DNA from: Eledone cirrhosa
Taxonomy: Eukaryota
Direction: 5' to 3'
Assembly: GCA_964016885.1 (NCBI GenBank)
Contig: OZ024743.1
Coordinates: 352,842,001-352,906,000 of the forward strand
DNA length: 64,000 nucleotides
Both the position numbers and the translations under genes were made by a program. Shown here piece after piece: positions 1 to 13,695 of the stretch. Within the stretch, counting starts at the first letter, position 1. Each line of letters begins with the position of its first letter. The notes under the pieces are model-generated. The model had not been told where the DNA came from. It was given only the letters and a program-made list of their open reading frames with translations, and did no database searches.

Positions 1-1270
1 AAGACCGGCTGCCCATGGGAACTTCTATACACAGATGATCTAACGCTCATAGCCGAATCAATGGCTGAGCTAGAGAAGAAATTCCAAACATGGAAGCATG
101 GCCTAGAATCAAAAGGCCTTAAAGTTAACTGGTCCCATCTGGGAAATGGCCATGCTCAGTGTGTAGGAAAGGAGTAGGCAGAAACTCCATTTTATGTCCC
201 AAATCCAAAGTATGGGTGCATAAAAGATGTAGTGGGATCACAGGTAAGCTAACTAAGAATATAGATTTTATATGTGGCCGGTGCTCAGGTGCAATAAGTA
301 GCAGCAAATGCCCACAGAATACTAGCTCATTCCATTGCCCAGATGGTTCTATAGAAATAGTGGACACCTTCCGTTACCTGGGTGACAAAATCAGCAGTGG
401 TGGATGGTGCTCCGAAAGTACTGGAGCTAGAGTCCGAACGGGATGGAAAAAGTTCAGAGAGCTTATACCACTATTGGGCGCTAAAGGTTTCTCTCTAAAA
501 ATAAAAGGCAGGCTGTACGATGCCTGCATACGAACAGCAATGTTGCATGGCAGTGAGACCTGGGCATTGTGTGCAGAGGATATACGCAGACTAGAGAGAA
601 ACAAAGCTTGCATGCTCCGCTGGATGTGTAATAGTAATATACGCGATCGGCAAAGCATAAATGAACTAAGTGAGAAATTAGGAATAAGAGGGATCAGATG
701 CTGTTTATTCAAGAGAAGACTACGTTGGTATGGTCACTTGATGTGCATGAAAGACGACAGCTGTATAAAAAAAAGCAGACGATCAAAATAGATGGTAGCT
801 ACGGAGTAGGCAGACCCAGAAAAACCTGGGACGACTTGATAAAATCCGACCTCACACACTTACACCTCTCCAAGACAATGTCACTGGACCGAGATCTTTG
901 GCGCTACATAGTAATACAGAAGACCCGCCTTGCTTAAGTACAAAGCGAAACCTATAGTCAGTAGGCACCTGTTAACCAAAATAATAACCCTTTCAATGTA
1001 AAGCTATGTGGTACCACAACATCCAGTCCTAAATAAATGAGTAGTGTAGGTGTTACGACAAAAAACACAGTCCACGCTGTAATGTGGCCGTGTAGGTAAC
1101 ACAGTAAAAATCTCTCAGTCCACACTGTAAACGTGGTTGGTGTTAGGAAGGGCATCCAGCCGTAGAAAACCCGCCAGACAGTCCTGAGCAAGACAACCAA
1201 TCTTGCCTCAAGTGGGACAATTCTCGTCCAGACCCATGCTAGTGTGGAAAATGGATGTTAAACGAAGATG
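1..1270 (+). mobile_element. RTE-clade LINE, 3' part (RT C-terminus, Cys-rich insert, 3' UTR), degraded
   Basis: Frame 1 reads KTGCPWELLYTDDLTLIAES (RT catalytic YxDD). Then CSVCRKGVGRNSILC..WVHKRCSG, FRYLG, LHGSETW, RRLRWYGH and GRPRKTW, broken by frameshifts. Tail GGTTGGTGTTAGGAAGGGCATCCAGCCGTAGAAA...GATGAT. Confidence 0.9.
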
Positions 1271-1415
1271 ATATATATATACACATACATATATATTATG
1301 TATATATATATATATATACATACACATACATATATATTATGTATATATATATATATATACATACATACACATACATATATATTATGTATATATATATATA
1401 CATACATATATATAT

Positions 1416-1456
<41 letters not shown>

Positions 1457-1723
1457 TATATAAATATATACACACACAAATATATAAATATATACACACA
1501 CAAATATATATATATATACACACACACATATATATACACACATATATATATATACACACACATATATATATACACACACATATATATATATATACACACA
1601 CATATATATATACACACACACATATATATATATATACACACACATATATATATATATACACACACATATATATATATATACACACACATATATATATATA
1701 TACACATATATATATATATACAC

Positions 1724-1756
<33 letters not shown>

Positions 1757-1835
1757 TATATATATATATACACACATATATATATATATATATATACACA
1801 TATATATATATACACATATATATATATATACACAC
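1271..1835. repeat. compound (TA)n/(CA)n microsatellite
   Basis: Seen directly; source of the spurious YI/HT ORFs. Confidence 0.98.
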
Positions 1836-1837
1836 AC

Positions 1838-2110
1838 CGAGTGATGTGTTGTTTCCTTGAGCAAGACACTTTATTTCACATTGTTCCAGTTTACTCAGCT
1901 GTAGAAATGAGATGATAGGGACTGGGATCCCTATCATTCCACTGTAAAGTGGATGTGTAGGTGCCACGGGAAAAAAAAAGCACCCAGCACTCACTGTAAA
2001 TGAGGTTGGTGTTAGGAAGGGCATCTAGCTGTAGAAATCAAGCCAGAATCAGTTCAGTCCCACCCTTGCAAGCAGGGAAAAAGTGGACGTAAAATGAAAT
2101 GATGAATGAT
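1838..2110 (+). mobile_element. SINE, 5'-truncated, with RTE-derived tail
   Basis: Near-identical to 3110-3378; tail shares GGTTGGTGTTAGGAAGGGCATC with the LINE end at about 1135-1165. Confidence 0.8.
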
Positions 2111-2111
2111 G

Positions 2112-2145
2112 ATATATATATATATACACACACATATATATATAT

Positions 2146-2198
<53 letters not shown>

Positions 2199-2241
2199 TA
2201 TATATATATACATATACACACACACACACATATATATATAT

Positions 2242-2298
<57 letters not shown>

Positions 2299-2563
2299 TA
2301 TATATATATACATATACACACACACACACATATATATATATACACACATACACATATATATATATATATACACACACACACATATATATATACACACACA
2401 CACATATATATATACACACACACACACACATATATATATATACACACACATATATATACACACACACACACATATATATATATATACACACACACACATA
2501 TATATACACACACACACACATATATATATATATACACACACACACATATATATACACACACAC

Positions 2564-2614
<51 letters not shown>

Positions 2615-2959
2615 CACGCACACATATATATATACACATATATATATATATACACACATATATATATATATATATATATACATGCACACATATATATATA
2701 CACATATATACATGCACACATATATATATACACACACACATATATATATATACACACACATATATATATATACACACACACATATATATATATATATACA
2801 TGCACACATATATATACACACACATATATATACACACACATATATATATATATATATACACACACATATATACATACACACACATATATATACATACACA
2901 CACATATATACATACACACATATATATATACATGCACACACATATATATACACATACAC

Positions 2960-3024
<65 letters not shown>

Positions 3025-3029
3025 TATAT

Positions 3030-3062
<33 letters not shown>
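2112..3062. repeat. compound (TA)n/(CA)n microsatellite
   Basis: Seen directly. Confidence 0.98.
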
Positions 3063-3063
<1 letters not shown>

Positions 3064-3378
3064 GGAAGCACATGGCTTAGTGGTTAGAGCATTGGCCTTA
3101 CAATTCTCAGACCGGGTTATGTGTTGTTTCCTTGAGCAAGACACTTTATTTCACATTGCTCCAGTTTACTCAGCTGTAGAAATGAGATGATAGGGACTGG
3201 GGTCCCTATCATTCCACTGTAAAGTGGTCGTGGAGGTGCTACGGCAAAAAAGCACCCAGCACTCACTGTAAATGAGGTTGGTGTTAGGAAGGGCATCTAG
3301 CTGTAGAAATCAAGCCAGAATCAGTTCCCGTCCCACCCTTGTAAGCAGGGAAAAGTGGACGTAAAATGAAATGATGAT
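3063..3378 (+). mobile_element. tRNA-derived SINE with RTE-derived tail
   Basis: A-box-like TGGCTTAGTGG head, body CCTTGAGCAAGACACTTTATTTCAC, internal 11-bp hairpin ATGATAGGGAC/GTCCCTATCAT, RTE-like tail ending in GATGAT. Confidence 0.8.
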
Positions 3379-3549
3379 ATATACATATATATATATATAC
3401 ATGTATAAATATCATTGTAGTTTGCTTGAATCATTGTTAGTGTATAAAGCAGTATGTTATTTGAAAGCTATGATATAAGATACTTTGGATCACTGCCTTC
3501 CAAAAGATAGCCAACTGAACTTTCTACATCATCAACGCTCCTATCAACA

Positions 3550-3800
3550 GTTTTCCCAGATATGGTAAAATGAACGGACCTGCTTTTACTCAAATACATT
3601 TCTTTGTTTCCACCTCTGATCATTCTCATTATTTTTCTTTCTAAACTTTTAACTTCTCATTCTATTTTCTGATGAAGGACGAGCGTTCGAAACGTTAAAA
3701 CTGTCCTACTACACTAAATGTGAAACTAATATATATATCTTCATTGTACTTCATCGTGTTTTTCATTTTTTGTTGTTATTTTTTTCATTTACTTTTCGTA
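3550..3800 (+). mobile_element. Penelope-like (pLTR) remnant, copy 1
   Basis: Homologous to 10090-10395 (-) and 42515-42700 (-): shared ATGAA(C/T)GGACCTG upstream with the 10 kb copy and A(A/C)CTAATATAT downstream of a hammerhead core in all three. Confidence 0.65.
3665..3700 (+). ncRNA. minimal type I hammerhead ribozyme
   Basis: UUUU CUGAUGA A GGAC-GAGC-GUUC GAAA CG UU^ AAAA: full core, 4-bp stem II, palindromic ACGU stem III, 4-bp stem I. Confidence 0.75.
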
Positions 3801-3859
3801 CTCACACACACATATCGATTGGTATCTGCTATACTACGGCTACAACTTCGATTTATATC

Positions 3860-4034
3860 CGGTAGATTGGCAGTATCGGATGCCATGCTTTGCAGCATAG
3901 AGTTACTGCTTTTATGATGTGTGCAAATCCCGCCGGGGTTAAATTTGCTTTCCATCCTTATAGGGTCGATAAAATAAAGTACTAGAAATGCACTGGGATA
4001 ATTGCTGGCCTTGTGCCAAAAAGTAGAAACAATT
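3860..4034 (+). mobile_element. tRNA-derived SINE with Nin/Deu-like core (dominant family)
   Basis: Family consensus has A-box TGGCAGTATCGG, B-box GTTCAAATCC and core GCCTTTCATCCTTACGGGGTCGATAAAATAAAGTACCAG. Other copies or fragments at about 4535-4635, 19698-19880, 25995-26067, 27030-27217, 29105-29285, 35780-35946, 41295-41400, 44950-45125, 49595-49770, 51555-51630, 52248-52463, 53345-53535, 55965-56330 and 56731-56915. Confidence 0.88.
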
Positions 4035-4065
4035 ATTATACACACACACACACATATATATGTAA

Positions 4066-4096
<31 letters not shown>

Positions 4097-5019
4097 TGTA
4101 TTATGTGTGTGTGTGTGTGTATATATATATACACACACGCGCGTGTGTGTGTATGTGGTCATCCGCAAAGTTTCCATCTACCAAATCAGATTAGCCACAG
4201 TGCCACGTAGTTGAATCGAACTCTCAATCATAACCCCCTTTATTTTTTGCCAGGGCCTCTAAGATTAATCGAAAGGAGGTCAGTGTTATCCTAAACTGGA
4301 AATCTTGTCCACATGTGTACAACCAAACTGCTCGTCATTCTATGATTACAACGCTGTTTATTTTAAAGTATTTATATTTATCTTAAAACTTTCCTTCGTA
4401 ATTTTTTCTCGGAACCTTCGTTAAGTTATGCTCCAAACATGAGCTTAATAATGAGAAAGTTAGTAACTAAATGTCTCCAAATTCTTGATTTTCAAATATA
4501 TTTGAAAATTATAGGCAGTATTTCATTAGAAGTATGATTTCTAATCTAGGCACAAGGCCAGCAATTTGTGTGGAGGGGGGTGACAGTGGATTATATCACT
4601 AGTATTTAACTGGTACTTAATTGTTCGACCTCGATGATTTATAACTAGCTGATCCTACTCTTCCTGTCAGTGATGGGATTGCTTAAACACTAAGAGAGTC
4701 GTTTACCACTGTCCCGTGTGTTTAATGAATTTACACACGCAGTACCGACTCAAATCTAGATATTTATTCTGTAGTATAATTATAACATCGAACACTGCTA
4801 ACGTATCAGTAATTTATGTGGCGAGCGCGCGCGTGGTAATATTATAAACTGGATGGCCAGCAAGGAATCGCATTCGATTTCTGTAAATGAGGAACAATAA
4901 AATATAGAATAACACACACATTAGCTCTAACATCAAACAAGGTTTGAAGTGTCTAGCGTGTTTATTTATGATTTATGTTTAATATATTTACAAAACTAAA
5001 TAAAGACAGTGAAATTATA

Positions 5020-5810
5020 ATAAGGAGGGAAGAAGGAAAAAGGCGTATAAGAATTACGTTTGTGGCAGGAAGGAGAATTAGCAGTGGGACTGAAAGAGGA
5101 TGAGGAGAGGAAAGAAATAAGGGATGCGGTATGAGATGATATAAATTACGTTAGAGAGAGCATGTGTGTAATAATTGATATTAGAAGAAAGGGTTTTAAA
5201 GATGGAAAAGGGTTAAAAGAAGGATAGGAAGTTTAAATATGAAACAAGAGGATGTAATATATAAAGCACTAGTCAATAAGAAGGAAATGAAACAAAGTTG
5301 TTACAGAGAAGATTTAGAAAGAGAACAATAGACATTGGGAATGGGAATTACGTGATAAAATAATTAAAAGGGGTGAAAATATGAAAAGGAGGAATAGGTA
5401 TAAGAAAAGTAATAGTAAAGAGTTTGTGTATGAGAGAGAAGGGCAGCATTGAGATTAGAAAAGGAGAAAATCGAAGGAGAAAGTATAAGTGGGAGTAGAA
5501 CTGGCGAAAGATGAAACTTGAATGAAAGAGGAGTAGGAGGTTGAGAAAGAAAAGTAGAATATGAATTAAGACGAATTTGAAAAGGAAAGAATGTACATAT
5601 AAAAACAAGGGAGGAAGGAAGAGAATGAACGAGAGAGTTTTTTATATTCAGAGAAAAGAGAGGGTGAGTGTTTAGGAGATTGGACAAGTAATAGAGAGAA
5701 AAGTCGAAGAAGGGTAGAAGTGAGAGAAACAGAGTAAGAAAGCTTTAAAAGTTACAAGGAAGAGAAGAGATTAGTAATAGAGTGAGGACAAAAAAGATCC
5801 AGAGGAAGAG
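5020..5810. repeat. purine-rich (GA) low-complexity tract
   Basis: About 800 bp strongly A/G-skewed on the + strand, with no periodic unit. Confidence 0.8.
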
Positions 5811-7014
5811 TGCGAGCAGCAGCCGACTCGTCAATTTTTACCCTCGTGACCAAGTCTTTCCAACTACTGAATGAATTTGGTCGTAGCGACATGTATACAC
5901 ACTAAGTGTGTATGTATGAGCTTATACGTTTGTTTCTATTTGTACGAGTGTTTAATATGTAGTCAGACAAACCCAGACTGACTGCTGGCTGGCTGGCAGC
6001 TTGCTTGCTAGGTCGTTGGATGCATATATTACATATACGCGCACACACTATATATACATATATGTATAGCAGACATATACATGCGTGTACGAAATACAAG
6101 ACGCGTGGAGTTGGTAAATCAACATGAAACATGTTAGTAAGGCAACATTGTGTGTGCGTGTGATACTGATGACTATGATAATGAAGTTGGTGATGATGTC
6201 CCCTCCCAAATCCTGTCTTGTTTCAACCTGAAACATGGCTATATATTTATAAACTGGGACCCAAATAACCGTGACATTAACTACTGCTATATCAGCAAAC
6301 AGATCCTGACAAGATTTTTAACAAGATATCATGAATATATGGAGGGGAGGGGGAGTTGTATATTTTATTTATGTATATACTAATTTACTTTTTTTTTTTT
6401 TTTTTTACACGATGAGGATAATCTATGTAAGGGAGAGAGCTACTATATCCTTTATCATCCCAGGAAGGGATAAATGATATATTAAGATTGGAACACAGGT
6501 CGGTGAACAAAACACTTTCGAATATTATTTAAAATATGTTTATTCCTCTGCTTTGGCACAAGGACGACGAATAAGGAAACGTTACAAAAAGTGTGTGCGG
6601 ATGAGGGGGACATATTAGAAAAAGATGTCGATATATACACGTAGGTTATAGAGTTAATATCACTATACAGTGTTATATCTGTGTACAGAATATATAATAT
6701 GATTATATCGTAGCTATTAGTATTTTCTTCGTCATCTGTAAAAGATGTTCTTCAGAATCCGCGACTGATACATCTCAAGACGTCCATACGTGGCGAATGG
6801 GTTAACACGCCAGTGACACGTACAAATATATAGACACAACCTAGAGGATGTATGTGTGTATATATATATAATATAATAATACATGTCTGTGAAAAGAAGT
6901 ATATAATGTTCATATATATCAATCTAGTAAGGAGGATGTGTATTTTGATATATTCCATACACAATAATATAAACTACATTTGATACAAATTATCGACAAG
7001 GGGAATTGTGTGGG

Positions 7015-7055
<41 letters not shown>

Positions 7056-7564
7056 TTTCTACTTACATGGAGTGAAAGTGAATCTGTGACATAATTCAAA
7101 CTATTTTTTCGGCATAAAACATGAATATAAGTCTTGCGACATTAATTTCATTTAAATGATATATGGTGGACGGTGCCGGTTTGTTTAACAATTCATTATA
7201 TATGTGTGTGTGTGCTTTGGTGTTTAAAAACAGCTAAATATAGGAAGGAATATACCACAAATGTATATTCAGACAGATGTGTGTGGTGGTATATATATAG
7301 TGAGAGCGGAGGGTTACAAAAGGATATAAAAGGTTTAATGTCTGCCTGGATCTCTACAAGAATTTTATCTCGGTTCTAGTGAACAAAACATCAACAACTA
7401 TACAATGACCATCAACACTACCATCACAAACTAATTCATTAAAAAAAAAGGAATGTTGAATCAATGAAAAGAAACAAAAACAACAACTATAGGGGTTAGT
7501 CAAGGTTCCCAGTTAACCATCGTGAATGGTGAACCCAGATTACTATGTATATATATTCGAATAT

Positions 7565-7605
<41 letters not shown>

Positions 7606-9194
7606 ATATATACATAAATACAAAACGTACACATACAGAGCAAAAAGGCTAAGATAAGTGTGTAGTATATGTATGTATCCATACTTACGTAAGTATGTAC
7701 ATACATATAGATAAGTATGTGTTTGTGAGTGCGACTAGCCCCCACACATGCAGAAACACACACACATACACACAGCCATATTGAATTCCACATACCTTCT
7801 CGTTAAGTTTCAGGTGTGTTTTTTGTTTCCTCTCTCCCTCCTTCTCTTACTCTCTTGTTATTTGGCCTAAATCCAATTAATAATTAAAATAGTATAATTA
7901 AATAATATCTCCGTGGTCGAATCTTCATTAAGTATGAATCAAATCTTGTTTCTTCTATGCTCTTGTCGTTTTGTAACATTGCTTCTATTGCTTAGATGAT
8001 TGTTCATTTTTATGCAACAAATAAAATACATTTTTTTCGGGGATGGTTATTATGATTATTATTTTAACATGTTATAAAAAATTATTACTTCATAAGAATA
8101 TATATATATATATTTAATATAAAAGAAATAGGATTGAAAATTTCATTCAATTACTGTTTTGTACTTGTTTTAAAAAAAAACAAACTATGTATATGTGAAT
8201 ATAAATATGTATTTATATATATATATATGTATTTATATATATATATATATATATATATAATTATCAGATTTACTTGATATGGATTATCAGTAACTTTGTT
8301 GTTTTTGTTCGATCTTGTTTCTTGTTTAATACATTTGTATAGATGTTTTCCTTTCCTTTATAGCAGTTGACCATTAAACAATGAAATAAGAAAATAATCA
8401 GTTACAGGTTTAATGTATGCTGTGTATGTTTTACAGAGATGTTATGTTATCTTTATACATATATATATAAATTTCAGTTCGTTTTGTTTAACACACAAAT
8501 ATATGTATGTATATATAGAAATATGTATTTATCTATATATATAAATACCAGTGTGTCTATATATACATATATAAACATATACTATATGTATTATTAAATC
8601 ATTGTATGTATACGAGAGCTTTATAATTTCAACCCCTTAACATATATTTTTATGTTATATATATAAAGACACAATCTACTATACAAGCAACGTTCTTATA
8701 CACTAATGAATATATTAAGTCTGCTACTGCTTTACATGTCTAACGTTCAACCAATCGAATTTTGGCGTTAGGCGGCGCTGTTAACTCCTGCTGCTGCCGC
8801 TCCTCTCACTCTACTCATGCTACTCCCTGAGTTAATTACTACTCTTATTTTCACTCTCTCTATTTTTTACTCTGTATTAATGTCATTCTAATTCTTTCGT
8901 TATACATCTACGTATCTCCTCTCTTTAACATTTACAATATTAGAAGTTGTCCGTAACTTCGAAGTTTACTAATTTCGGACAGGAGTGAGAAATCCCTGGA
9001 TTTTTTATGTGTACACATACACATACACACACACATATATATATATATATACACATACAAAATCCATATCTATATATATGTATGTGTTTCTGCATAGAAC
9101 AATAAAAAAACAGAAGTCGGGCGTAGGGAGATAGTGCCTCTCCCTTGGACAACATCTTCCACAAACAAACTCGCCCGGGGAGCTTTCTCAGTAT

Positions 9195-9285
9195 ATGTAT
9201 GGCTGTGCGACACCTTGAGCAAGTGTCTTCTACTATAGTCCCAGGTTGACGAAGCACTATGAGTGGAATTTGATAGACGAAAATT
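9195..9285 (+). mobile_element. fragment of a second tRNA-SINE family
   Basis: CACCTTGAGCAAGTGTCTTCTACTATAG...GAGTGGAATTTGATAGACG. Related copies at about 19885-20470, 24380-24620, 24853-24920, 33770-34075, 41790-41915 (-), 53015-53320 and 59280-59580 (-). Confidence 0.7.
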
Positions 9286-9948
9286 ATATATATATAGTTT
9301 TCGTCTACCAAATTACACACACACAAATATATATATATAGGAATTGGTGTTTGTAATGGAAGAGGATGATAAACTCGACAAATACAATAATTTGGGTTAG
9401 ATATATAACTTTACTTAAAAAAGAATATAATTACTTCGAATCAAAAATATAAAGTTTGATGGTTGGTAGCACTCACAAATGAATACAGTGTTAAGAAGAA
9501 AAAAAAAAAGGATTCTGTATTGTGCTGGAGAATCTTTGTTTAATATGCCGCGTTCGATTACAAAGTGACAAGTTGTAGTTATACAGTATTGCCAGCAGAA
9601 ATAGTAGTAAACTTGGTGTGGCAAGTGAGCTGTGTTGGCTAAATGAAGAGGTAGATGATTCTCTGTTTTTGAAGTGCCGATGGAAGAATTGCTGTTGGGC
9701 CCTTGTCGACAGGGCCGAGTTTTTTTTTTTGGGGGGGGGGGGGGGCTAAGTTCTACATCTCACCACTTGCCCGAGCAACTCAAAGTGATGCTTCTCCTCC
9801 GAGGAACTATAATCTAATGACCTAAAGAAAAACTTATCTCACTTCACCTCAAGCTGGCCAGCCTCTCCAGACTACTGACGCCAACCGAGATAAAGAGAAA
9901 TAGCAGCCAGTTGTCATTCGGGAGTCAGTATGAGCGAAGAGGTTTCGC

Positions 9949-10006
<58 letters not shown>

Positions 10007-10089
10007 ATGAGGACAAACTTTTTCATATGTAACCCATTTGCAGCGCCGCAGCTCCATTATTATCATATATATATATATATATATATGTA

Positions 10090-10395
10090 TGTAAAAGGTA
10101 AACAGAAATAACAACACAATCGGTACGGTATATGGAAGGAATATATTAGGTTAACGCTTAATATAGCAGGAAGAGGGTCTTAACGTTTCGGACGCTAGTC
10201 CTTCGTCAGAAGAAAGAATAAGAAATTAAATAGATTGAATGGACGGGCGGGGTGGAATTGGAAAAATGCTTTTAGAGAAAAATAACAGGTCCATTCATGT
10301 TGCCATCTCTTGATATATATATATAATTGGTGTTGGATGTTTAAAGCGTCCGTATGCGGTAGGCCGTATAAGCACTCAATGCCCTCGTAGAGCAA
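10090..10395 (-). mobile_element. Penelope-like (pLTR) remnant, copy 2
   Basis: Homology to 3550-3800; contains a hammerhead and abuts (TA)n. Confidence 0.65.
10178..10213 (-). ncRNA. minimal type I hammerhead ribozyme (best copy)
   Basis: Minus strand reads UCUU CUGACGA A GGAC-UAGC-GUCC GAAA CG UU^ AAGA, with perfect stems I and II. Confidence 0.82.
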
Positions 10396-10401
10396 AGTAT
10401 G

Positions 10402-10642
10402 ATATCACAGAAAAAAGAGAATCAGTGTTGCGACGAAAGGAATTTATTGGACATATTACAAATGTTTCTCGGGCGATCAGCTCGAGGCACGATCGATATG
10501 GTGATCATACCTGACTCTGAAATCAACACGGTCGTCAGGTATGTCTCGATACAACGAAGCAGATTTTCCGCCCGAGAAACATTTGTAATATATCCAATAA
10601 ATTCCTTTCGTCGCAACACTGATTCTCTTTTTTCTGTGATAT
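10402..10642. mobile_element. hairpin MITE-like element with about 75-bp terminal inverted repeats
   Basis: ATATCACAGAAAAAAGAGAATCAG...CTCGGGCG versus CGCCCGAG...CTGTGATAT (1 mismatch seen); inner inverted pair CATACCTGAC/GTCAGGTATG. Confidence 0.8.
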
Positions 10643-10653
10643 ATATATATATA

Positions 10654-10685
<32 letters not shown>

Positions 10686-10689
<4 letters not shown>

Positions 10690-11056
10690 AATATAGATGA
10701 GATTCTACAGGACTAGAACTGTTTCATTCAATAGAAATCATATCTGGTCAATCCGGTGGAGAGAAACAATACATTGATGATTTAAGGAAAGATGTAAGAA
10801 AAGGTAGAAATTAGTAAGGATGAACGGGAAAAATGGGGATTATAAAGAGAATACAGGAATATATATATAAAGGTAAAAAAGAATATTAGATGAAAAAAAT
10901 TTATTGAAATATTCACTGTTGTATAAAAAAGAAATATAATAATAGAATGGGAATGAAAATATGAACACATATGATATATACAAAAGCATATAAATAACTG
11001 ATGATTTCTAATGAATGAAACAGTTCTAGTCCTGTAGAATCTCATCTATATTAAAA
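10686..11056. repeat. 56-bp inverted repeat pair (10686-10741 / 11001-11056), probably a Penelope-like end
   Basis: TTTTAATATAGATGAGATTCTACAGGACTAGAACTGTTTCATTCA... with 1 mismatch; a third copy of the arm lies at about 43842-43881. Confidence 0.75.
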
Positions 11057-11124
11057 CTTTTATACTCTGCTATGTATTGAGTACCTTACTTACTGTGGTT
11101 ACCTCCGATTCAACCCGGAATAAC

Positions 11125-11181
<57 letters not shown>

Positions 11182-11190
11182 AATATATAA

Positions 11191-11269
<79 letters not shown>

Positions 11270-12219
11270 TAATGAATTGACCATACGGAATAGACCAGCT
11301 CTATACAGTGGTGAACCTCAAACCTGAATATATATATATATATATGCGTGTGTTTACAAAAAGAAAATCGATAAAATAAGTACCAGACTGGTGTCGATAT
11401 GATCGTCTGAATTAAAGCATCGGGTGCTGTACCGTTGTTTACTCTTCCTTTGACTGACACCTCATCGCTCATGGAAGAGTTTGATTTCCACCTCAAGATT
11501 TCAAGATGGCTTTATTCAGAACTCCATTAAATCTTGTCTTGGCTGATAATCCCTAATAGATCTTACAATGCTAACTGGGTCTTGATAAGATTTGAACTCT
11601 GTCAGACCACCTGATTTATAATATGAAAAGAAGAGAAGATGTAATGTTTGAGTAATGCCCATCATTTAAGGCTTGAACTCAATAAGTTATAAATCGTTTG
11701 AACTGTTCCAAAGTATGTTATGACTTCCGGTATGCACTCGGTTTGCGTCGTTTGTACATAAAGTGAGACTATGGCTGCCAGACGGTAAAAAGATTGCCAT
11801 TGAACACTATTCTAGTATTTTCACTAAGATGTCATTATACTTTCCTTGGCATCGTTGTCATATGCCTTTCTGAGGGTGTGAGTATGCATGTGTTGTTGTG
11901 TATCAGAGAATGTTTTGACAAAGCATGAAGACGTCAGTGGGACTGATTTAATAGACTGAAGGCCCTCTCATTGGAGTTGCAGTTCTCAGGTGCCAGCTGA
12001 TGTCATCACGCGCAACAGAGCTGCTTCTGTTAATGGTTTTGTTGTTGCGTTTGCTATTGTTGTTGTTGCTGATGTTTACTGGTTAAGTGCAAGAAGGAAA
12101 CTGATGTTGCATTGTTGATTTAAGTAGACCTTGAAAAAAAAAAGATGAATAATGGATACGAACCTGTTCCTAGCGCCAAAGGTTTATATATACATGTGTG
12201 TGGGAGGGGGTGGGTGGGG

Positions 12220-12441
12220 TGTATATGTATGTATGTATATGTATATGCATGTATATATATATATATTTATATATGTATGTATATATATAAATGCATATAT
12301 ATGTATATGTATATATATATATATGTATATATATATGTATATGTATATATATGTATATATGTGTATATATATATGTGTATATATATGTATATATATATGT
12401 ATATATATATGTGTATATATATATATGTATATATATATGTG

Positions 12442-12512
<71 letters not shown>

Positions 12513-12882
12513 GTATATATATATGTATATATATATGTATATATAAATATATATGTATATATATATGTATATATATATGTATATATAAATATGTATATAT
12601 ATATGTATATACAAATATGTATATATATATATATATGTATATACAAATATGTATATATATATATATGTATATATAAATATGTATATATATATATATATAT
12701 GTATATATAAATATGTATATATATATGTATATATATGTATATATAATGTATATATATATATATATATGTATATATAAATATGTATATATGTATATATATA
12801 TGTATATATATGTATATATAAATATGTATATATGTATATATATGTATATATAAATATGTATGTATATATATATATAAATATG

Positions 12883-12939
<57 letters not shown>

Positions 12940-12942
12940 AAC

Positions 12943-12975
<33 letters not shown>
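12220..12975. repeat. (TA)n/(TATG)n microsatellite
   Basis: Seen directly. Confidence 0.98.
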
Positions 12976-12979
<4 letters not shown>

Positions 12980-13695
12980 GAATAATCGAGTATCGAAAAA
13001 TCGGCGCACGAGTTCACGATAAACAAAATTCGAAATGAGCGGCAGAGGGCTCAATAATTCAGATAAATCAGAGCTATAACTATCGTTAAGATACCGTCAC
13101 ACATAGAACAAGTCTATAATCAACCATACGACCGAAAAATTGCGATCTGGAAGATTCGGGACACTCAGATAAAATATCAATAAATCAATAAATCAAATGA
13201 ATGTAAAAAGCATACCCGGACCCGCTAGAAAGATGGTAAATCTAGCTTCTTGGGTTTCTGTAAATCCTTAAACTGCCCTCTATCAGCTCACATAAAAATA
13301 TATAAGACTTCTAGGAGCCAGGGACCGGAATTTACTTCCTCAACGAGCTTTTGTCCGAACGAATGAAAAGGCATAACCCAGGCTGAAAAAACGCACATGG
13401 AATTCAGCAAGGGAGATAACCTCTATATCCGCAAAAAATATTCGGGAAAATGTGGAAATACACATATCGAATAAGAGTACTCAATAGACATGTTAAAATA
13501 AACAGGAGCTATTCCTCATTTAATAGAATCGACAAAAAATGAACAATAAAATTAACTGGTCAATAGCTAGGTCTAGAGCTAAATATAGTAGAATAATATA
13601 TATTGGTTCTCCATTATATTGGCCCCAGCGTCTGACTTATATTTTATTCTATCGACCTCGAAAGGATGAAAGGTAAAGTTTACCCCCTTTGAGAC

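Noticed and set aside
3063-3110. tRNA genes at SINE heads
   Set aside because: A/B boxes only; no cloverleaf, and they continue into SINE bodies.
1255-3190. Long ORFs of 200-370 aa (also at 12.1-13.0, 46.7-47.2 and 51.6-51.9 kb)
   Set aside because: Translations of (TA)n/(CA)n microsatellites that lack stop codons; no coding signal.
3215-3310. Twister ribozyme in the RTE-derived tail
   Set aside because: Lacks the UAA, UCCCAAGC and GAGGG conserved elements; only simple hairpins.
5845-5890. miRNA-like hairpin
   Set aside because: Only about 15 imperfect base pairs; too short and no recognisable mature sequence.
11420-12040. Possible decayed LINE or exon (also 12980-13560 and 26070-26610)
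   Set aside because: Could not recover any protein motif or repeat boundary by eye.
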